This document shows, piece after piece, positions 58,656 to 64,000 of a stretch of DNA of 64,000 bases (positions within the stretch are counted from its first letter, which is position 1; every line of letters begins with the position of its first letter). The stretch comes from an uncultured Bacteroidota bacterium (GTDB lineage: Bacteria; Bacteroidota; Bacteroidia; AKYH767-A; 2013-40CM-41-45). The notes under the pieces are model-generated. The model made no database searches. It was not told where the DNA came from and saw only the letters and a program-made list of their open reading frames with translations. The position numbers and the translations under genes are program-made. Location of the stretch: positions 3,145 through 67,144 of the forward strand of contig CALMQM010000072.1 in the NCBI GenBank assembly GCA_937871435.1, written 5' to 3'.

Positions 58656-59222
58656 GTGCAGGACATTGAACCCTTTTATGGCTGGCGTGAACTCTATGTT
58701 GCATCGGAAGACGAACTCTCGCCCTTTCATGGAACTGTTTACAGTGAATTTGAATTTTCTAATACAGTATACAACTATTACATCCATCCTCAATGGGATC
58801 AGTTCGGCTCCTCGACTTTATACTTAAAAGTACTCTATGCTGATTACGATCGCTCTTTTGCGATAATCGAATTTATCGGAGAATGGAATGATGCATTGTA
58901 CAACGACATCATGTTTTTAAAACGCGAGGTGATAGAACCCATGATGACCGATGGAATAAAAAAATTCATTCTCATAGGAGAAAATGTACTGAACTTCCAT
59001 GGCAGCGACGATTGTTACTACGAAGAATGGTTCCAGGATGTAGATGAAGGTTGGATTGCAGGAATAAATTTCAGACCTCACGTCCTTTTAGAAATGGAAC
59101 GATTCAACATCGACTATTATTTTGTTTTCGGAGGAGAATTGGATGAATTAAACTGGAGAATGTTCAGTCCTGTAGACATGTTTCAGAAAATTGAACACAT
59201 CATTTCCCGCAGACTGAATTAA
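58656..59222 (+). CDS. hypothetical cytoplasmic protein
   Basis: This is a clean 188-aa ORF with a GTG start, no signal peptide, acidic and aromatic-rich composition, and no recognisable motif. Confidence 0.6.
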   Translation: MQDIEPFYGWRELYVASEDELSPFHGTVYSEFEFSNTVYNYYIHPQWDQFGSSTLYLKVLYADYDRSFAIIEFIGEWNDALYNDIMFLKREVIEPMMTDGIKKFILIGENVLNFHGSDDCYYEEWFQDVDEGWIAGINFRPHVLLEMERFNIDYYFVFGGELDELNWRMFSPVDMFQKIEHIISRRLN

Positions 59223-59239
59223 TTTTTGTACACACACCA

Positions 59240-59269
59240 CTCTTAAAAACTGTCTACTATTTTTAAGAG
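59240..59269 (+). terminator. A/T-rich hairpin after the hypothetical gene, a weak terminator candidate
   Basis: A perfect 10-bp inverted repeat ctcttaaaaa / tttttaagag encloses a 10-nt loop, 18 nt after the stop. No T-run follows. Confidence 0.3.
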
Positions 59270-59330
59270 AAGAGAAAATTATTCGATTGTTTTTTACGTT
59301 CTTGCAGATAGATTGGTAAAACAATTCTTC

Positions 59331-60074
59331 ATGCAACTCCTCCGGTATCTGTGCTGTTTTGCCTTCTCGTGCATTGCCATCTTTCCGGCAAATGCTCAAC
59401 GCAAAGATTCAATTCCTCATTCCGGAAAAGCTTCGTTCTATCATGATAGTTTTCAGGGACAAGAAACAAGTAACGGTGAATTTTATAATAAGAATGATTT
59501 TACGGCGGCACATCGAACGCTTCCTTTCAATACAATTGTAAACGTTTACAACAAACAAACTGGTAAAAAAGCTATCGTTCGGATCAACGACCGGGGTCCA
59601 TTTGTAAGAAGCAGAATCATTGACCTTTCCCGTTCAGCAGCGATGAAACTTCGAATGGTTCCTTTCGGTGTTGCCCCGGTTTCGATTCAGGTGCTGAATC
59701 TTTTTGACCATCTTCCGTGGAACGATTCAACTTTTGTGGAAAATGAAGTCTGGGATTGTTTTGGAAAAAAAACCGGGCTAAAAGAAATTACAGTCTTTGT
59801 ATGGCAAACTGATTTCTGGAAACATGCATTTTATATGGCCAGTCATATAGCGCTGGATTATCACTTGCCGGCAGCCCAGATAAGAATTGCAGGAACACCT
59901 AAAAATCGCTCTTATCAGGTCTTGGTTTCCGGTATGCAGGACAAAACTGAATGCGAAGCACTCATGAGTAAATTAAAGAGTGATGGATTTATTTCTGCAC
60001 GAATTTTTAAAATCCCGCGTTTAAAAACTGACTCTTCAACTTCTGCGCAACGTGACGGTCAATTGAAAAAATAA
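59331..60074 (+). CDS. rlpA: septal ring lytic transglycosylase RlpA-family protein (DPBB domain plus SPOR-like C-terminus)
   Basis: GKASFYHDSFQGQETSNGEFYN...AAHRTLPFNT.V.V.N..GKKAIVRINDRGPF matches the RlpA DPBB signature. The ATG at 59331 gives the signal peptide MQLLRYLCCFAFSCIAIFPANAQ. Confidence 0.88.
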   Translation: MQLLRYLCCFAFSCIAIFPANAQRKDSIPHSGKASFYHDSFQGQETSNGEFYNKNDFTAAHRTLPFNTIVNVYNKQTGKKAIVRINDRGPFVRSRIIDLSRSAAMKLRMVPFGVAPVSIQVLNLFDHLPWNDSTFVENEVWDCFGKKTGLKEITVFVWQTDFWKHAFYMASHIALDYHLPAAQIRIAGTPKNRSYQVLVSGMQDKTECEALMSKLKSDGFISARIFKIPRLKTDSSTSAQRDGQLKK

Positions 60075-60471
60075 AATCATCTGCATCCAGCAATTCAAGG
60101 TCAATAAATCGAAAGGATTGACCTCCCTCCTTCTCCTTTTCAAAATCGAAAGCAATATTGGATATCTTTAATGTCATTTCTCCTGAAGGCCTCATCAGGT
60201 AATAAACAGATATGACCTGGATCTCTGGGTTAAAAGCAGATGGGACAAAATAATCTGTGGTGTAAAAATGATCCAGAACATCAAATGACATTCCCGTTTC
60301 TTCAGTCATTTCTCTCTTCAAACAGTCGAGAGTACCTTCGCCAAATTCAAGCCCGCCACCGGGAAACTTCGTCACATATTTCCCATACACATACTCATCA
60401 CTCACCAGCACATACCGCGAATTATGTATATAGATTCCGTACACACGTATTACAAAAGGATACTTCTTCAT
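60007..60471 (-). CDS. NUDIX hydrolase
   Basis: The Nudix box is GGGLEFGEGTLDCLKREMTEETG (GX5EX7REUXEEXGU). Length is 154 aa. Confidence 0.85.
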   Translation of the reverse strand: MKKYPFVIRVYGIYIHNSRYVLVSDEYVYGKYVTKFPGGGLEFGEGTLDCLKREMTEETGMSFDVLDHFYTTDYFVPSAFNPEIQVISVYYLMRPSGEMTLKISNIAFDFEKEKEGGQSFRFIDLELLDADDFIFSIDRHVAQKLKSQFLNAGF

Positions 60472-60584
60472 TGAATTTCTATGCTATTAACTTGAGGCTA
60501 CAAGGTATCTATTTTAGGAATACTCAATATTGAATTTAGTATCTTTCGCTTTCAATATTATATTTTGAATTATAGGAAAGAAGA

Positions 60585-61835
60585 ATGAGATTGACGGATA
60601 TTCAGGCTGAAGTATTGATTGCCGGTGCCGGTCCGGCAGGCGCAGCAACATCCCTCTTTTTAAGTAAACAAAAAATTCATCACATCATTCTCGACAAAGC
60701 AGTTTTTCCGAGAGATAAAATTTGTGGCGATGCATTGAGTGGTAAAGTTGTTCACGTACTCAATAAATTGGATCCATCTTTTGTATCTGAATTATCTACC
60801 GGAAAAGAATTTCTCGGGAGCTATGGAGTTCGTTTTGTTGCTCCGAATAACCGGGCTCTCGAAGTTCCATTTAGTACCAATCTTGCTGCACTCAAACATC
60901 CTCCCGGATTTATTTCCAGGAGACTTGATTTTGACGATTTCCTGTTTCAAAAATTGAATCCTGAATACGCCACCATTCTGGAAAACACCTCAATTCTAGA
61001 TCTCGAATATTCCACATCCGGAGTCAATGTACTATTGGATAACCATGGGGAAAAACTGCAGGTTGAATCAAAAATTGTTGTGGGTGCTGAAGGTGATCGT
61101 TCTGTCGTTGCAAAACGTCTTGCAGGTCACAAAAAGGAGAACAAACACTATTGCGCCGGTTTGAGAGGATATTATACCGGAGTGACAGGAATGCATCCTG
61201 AAAATTTTATCGAACTTCATTTTTTAAAAGACTTTCTACCGGGCTATCTCTGGATTTTCCCAATGCCCGGTGGGATTGCAAATGTGGGCGTTGGAATGTT
61301 AAGTGAATCAGTGGCGAAAAAAAATATCAATCTCAAAACAGAACTTCAAAAAGCTCTTCAATCCAATCCGGAATTGAAAAGTCGATTTCAAAATGCCAGA
61401 CCAATCAGCGAACTGAAAGGTTGGGGACTGCCCCTGGGATCCAGAAAAAGAAAATTGTCTGGCGATAATTTTTTGCTCGTTGGTGATGCCGCTTCACTCA
61501 TTGATCCTTTTACGGGAGAAGGAATCGGGAATGCTCTCACCAGCGGAATGGTCGCGGCAGAACAAATCAAACTCTCTCTTGATACCAATCAGTTTGATGC
61601 CAAATCAATGTCAGCTTACGATTCGAATATTTATTCTGTATTGTGGGATGAACTCAAATTGAGCCACACAATGCAAAGACTGACAAATTACTCATGGCTT
61701 TTTAATTTTGTTGTCAACAAAGCTTCCAAAAGCAAAACACTGAGGGATACAATCACCTGCATGTTTGAAGACCTTGACATGCGGGACAAACTCCGAAGTC
61801 CCGGATTTTATTTCAAGCTTCTGTTGAACAGATAA
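60585..61835 (+). CDS. geranylgeranyl-reductase-family FAD-dependent oxidoreductase
   Basis: The dinucleotide fold reads VLIAGAGPAGAATS. The conserved segments FPRDKICGDAL and LVGDAASLIDPFTGEGIGNAL are present. Confidence 0.85.
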   Translation: MRLTDIQAEVLIAGAGPAGAATSLFLSKQKIHHIILDKAVFPRDKICGDALSGKVVHVLNKLDPSFVSELSTGKEFLGSYGVRFVAPNNRALEVPFSTNLAALKHPPGFISRRLDFDDFLFQKLNPEYATILENTSILDLEYSTSGVNVLLDNHGEKLQVESKIVVGAEGDRSVVAKRLAGHKKENKHYCAGLRGYYTGVTGMHPENFIELHFLKDFLPGYLWIFPMPGGIANVGVGMLSESVAKKNINLKTELQKALQSNPELKSRFQNARPISELKGWGLPLGSRKRKLSGDNFLLVGDAASLIDPFTGEGIGNALTSGMVAAEQIKLSLDTNQFDAKSMSAYDSNIYSVLWDELKLSHTMQRLTNYSWLFNFVVNKASKSKTLRDTITCMFEDLDMRDKLRSPGFYFKLLLNR

Positions 61836-61842
61836 ATGTGAT

Positions 61843-62280
61843 ATGAAAAAATTTATCTTCTTATTGTGTATGATCATGCTTTTCTCCAAAATTTTGGATG
61901 CACAAATACTGAAACGAAAAATCAACCAATATAAAAATGGCAGACAAGAAGGTCTCTGGATAATGTATTCAGACAGTGCCAATCAAAACAAAGAAAGCCG
62001 TGGCCACTATGTGAATGGAAAAGAAAAAGGAAAATGGAAATATTATTATGAGAATGGTAAGCTTAGGAAAAAAGAAAAATTCAAAGTGAGTGGCATTCGG
62101 ACGAAATTTTACTATGAAACCGGGAAAATAAAGAGCAAAGGAATAGCCAAATTAGAACCCGAAGACTCACTCATGCATTACTATTTTCAAGGTATTTGGA
62201 AATATTATAACGAAAATGGAAAACTAACTTCCATTGTATTATACGAAAAAGGACAGGAAGTGAGTACAGTTCACTACTAA
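61843..62280 (+). CDS. MORN-variant repeat (YwqK-like) secreted protein
   Basis: A signal peptide is present. Repeats of G-x-W-x-Y-Y-x-x-N-G-K-L occur (GKWKYYYENGKL, GIWKYYNENGKL). It starts 8 nt after the preceding stop. Confidence 0.7.
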   Translation: MKKFIFLLCMIMLFSKILDAQILKRKINQYKNGRQEGLWIMYSDSANQNKESRGHYVNGKEKGKWKYYYENGKLRKKEKFKVSGIRTKFYYETGKIKSKGIAKLEPEDSLMHYYFQGIWKYYNENGKLTSIVLYEKGQEVSTVHY

Positions 62281-62379
62281 TAAACTAAGCTTGAGTTGAC
62301 ATGTTGTGAAGCAAAATTCACGAATAACAGCCAAATTTCTGATTCAAAAAATGGGTTCTTGTCTGTCAAAGACTGAACT

Positions 62380-62985
62380 TTATTTCTTTCCTTCTTCGTA
62401 TTCTTTGTTCAAACCCTCCAGGACTTTTCCGGTTATGTCAAGACTGTCATTCGCAAAGAGAATTCCTCCTCCTTTAGAATAACCGAGCACAAAATTATAT
62501 TTGTTGTTAACATTGAGTGATCGGATGAACGATGAAACTTTTAAGTACAATTCCTCTGATGATTTACTCTTCTCCTCTTCCAATTGTCCCAACATTTGAT
62601 CCTTCTTATCCATCAGTTTTTGCTGGCGTGCCATCAATTGCTCCTCAGTTTGCTGTCTTTGAAGGTCAGTCATTCCGGCAGCCTTTTCCTGGTAATCAGC
62701 AGCATCTTTTTGTAAACGATCACTTTCTGAAGTCAACTCATTTTTAATCCGCTCCTGCTTTGCTTCTAATTCCTCTTTTTTCTTTTTGAAATAAGTGTAA
62801 TTATCAAGCAACGAATCCGAATTGACATATACTATACCACCTGGAACAGAAGGAAGTACTTTTGCAATCTCCTGAACAGTACCTGATTCTGAAGACTTTT
62901 CAGAGCCATTTGAAAAATGAAGGTAATACAAGATGCCGACAGCTATCAGAAGGATAAAATTCAGAATAAGTGATAAATTCTTCAT
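62380..62985 (-). CDS. OmpH/Skp-family periplasmic chaperone
   Basis: The N-terminal anchor is MKNLSLILNFILLIAVGILYY. A long charged coiled region follows (KKKEELEAKQERIKNEL...QQTEEQLMARQQKLMDKK). The start at 62985 is favoured because a -7 box lies at 63005-63012, inside the longer ORF. Confidence 0.75.
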   Translation of the reverse strand: MKNLSLILNFILLIAVGILYYLHFSNGSEKSSESGTVQEIAKVLPSVPGGIVYVNSDSLLDNYTYFKKKKEELEAKQERIKNELTSESDRLQKDAADYQEKAAGMTDLQRQQTEEQLMARQQKLMDKKDQMLGQLEEEKSKSSEELYLKVSSFIRSLNVNNKYNFVLGYSKGGGILFANDSLDITGKVLEGLNKEYEEGKK

Positions 62986-63004
62986 TGTTGCGATTTTGAG
63001 TCGC

Positions 63005-63012
63005 CAAAGATA
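63005..63012 (-). promoter_or_regulatory. candidate -7 promoter box for the OmpH-family gene
   Basis: The minus strand reads TATCTTTG, 20 nt upstream of the ATG at 62985. Confidence 0.35.
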
Positions 63013-63110
63013 GAAGATTTTCAACCCGGAAGACTTAAAAACAGACCACTAATATTTTTCCGGGAATTGGTAGAATTGCTTACTTTTCGGTCGTAAAAAT
63101 CAGCATTTTA

Positions 63111-64000
63111 TGAAAAAATTGATCGGCTCACTTTTTATTGCAATCATGTTCTTCGCATGTAAAAATGATGCACCTGAAATTGCAGACCCCGCCAATGCGC
63201 CTGATGTTTCTGCCGTACCATCAAGATTTGACCAGAAAATGCTACTGGAAGAATTCACTTCCTCACTTTGCGGCCAATGTCCAAAAGCTCACCTGATGCG
63301 TGATTCTTTACTCAGCACATTTGCCGGTCGGTTCTATAGTGTAGACATTCATCTCACAGACTGGATGATCGATTCCTCTATCACAGATTTTAACAACGGA
63401 AAAAATTACATCGATAGTTTGTTTAACCCAACGGGTATCTATCCTGCAGGAATGATAAACAGAACAATTTCAGGTTCTGCCGATTTAGTACCGGATTTCT
63501 GGGGACAAAAACTTACTTCACTTTATGGTGCAGTTCCACGCTGTGGTTTGGCTATCGATGCAAATGAAATAAATGCCAACAGACTTTCACTCGTTGTGCA
63601 TACAGGATTTAGTACATCCATGTTCGGAGATTACCGCGTACATGTTTACCTCGTACAAGATGTCGTGCATTCCAATGATTCACTCTATTCTCAATTGAAT
63701 GATTTCAGTCAGCAAGGCCTTACCCCTGACACTGCTCTCTCATTGTACCTTCAAAACGATACCATTCGCAATTACAATCACAAATTTGTACTTAGTAGAA
63801 TCATTTCTGATAACGGACTTGCAGGAGATGTAATCCCGCAATCACTCATGACCCGGGGAAATGACTTCGCTAAAACCTATACTGTCGATTTAACCGGTAT
63901 TGATCCTTCGGCCTATTCCATCATTGCGTTTGTAGATAAATACGGAGACACAGGCATGACTCACCGCATCGAAAATGTTCAGATGGCGAAAGTGGGTGAA
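63111..64000 (+). CDS. lipoprotein, Omp28-related or thioredoxin-like, 3' end cut by window edge
   Basis: The frame is open from ATG 63111 to the window end (my own translation; it is absent from the ORF track because there is no stop). The lipobox reads IMFFAC. The LLEEFTSSLCGQCPKAH motif resembles the EEFTG-x-x-C-x-x-CP motif of Omp28-family proteins. Confidence 0.65.

Overview
This 64 kb window reads as ordinary, densely packed chromosome from a Bacteroidota-type bacterium, with roughly 40% GC by eye. Eight genes end in type IX secretion (T9SS) C-terminal sorting domains. Many start codons sit 18-66 nt downstream of a TAnnTTTG '-7' box rather than a Shine-Dalgarno site. I support about 47 protein-coding genes on both strands, two of them cut by the window edges. 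I saw no rRNA, tRNA, CRISPR array, transposase, integrase or phage gene. Confident housekeeping calls are ppsA, icmF, valS, efp, hutH, hisS, ettA, murQ and rlpA. Other confident calls include a sigma-54 two-component pair, an ADP-forming acyl-CoA synthetase, a fused 2-oxoacid dehydrogenase E1, a ClC channel, a DAACS symporter, a SCO1/YHS pair, a UbiA prenyltransferase and a geranylgeranyl-reductase-like flavoprotein. I did not find a convincing multi-gene novel system such as a defence island or mobile element, and I say so plainly. The most unusual items are listed here. (1) A T9SS-exported multidomain protein whose core aligns motif for motif with the animal copper/LTQ lysyl oxidase catalytic domain. 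(2) A two-copy family of long palindromic elements built from CTTTGCG/CGCAAAG heptads around a conserved A/T loop. (3) A tight operon of two polytopic membrane proteins with a 'cargo-less' T9SS sorting-domain protein. (4) A Tat-signal mini-protein paired with a membrane-anchored protein of unknown function. (5) A 1427-aa adhesin-like protein with an array of about 87-aa Ig-like modules. All functional calls come from motifs read by eye in the supplied translations. No database search was possible.
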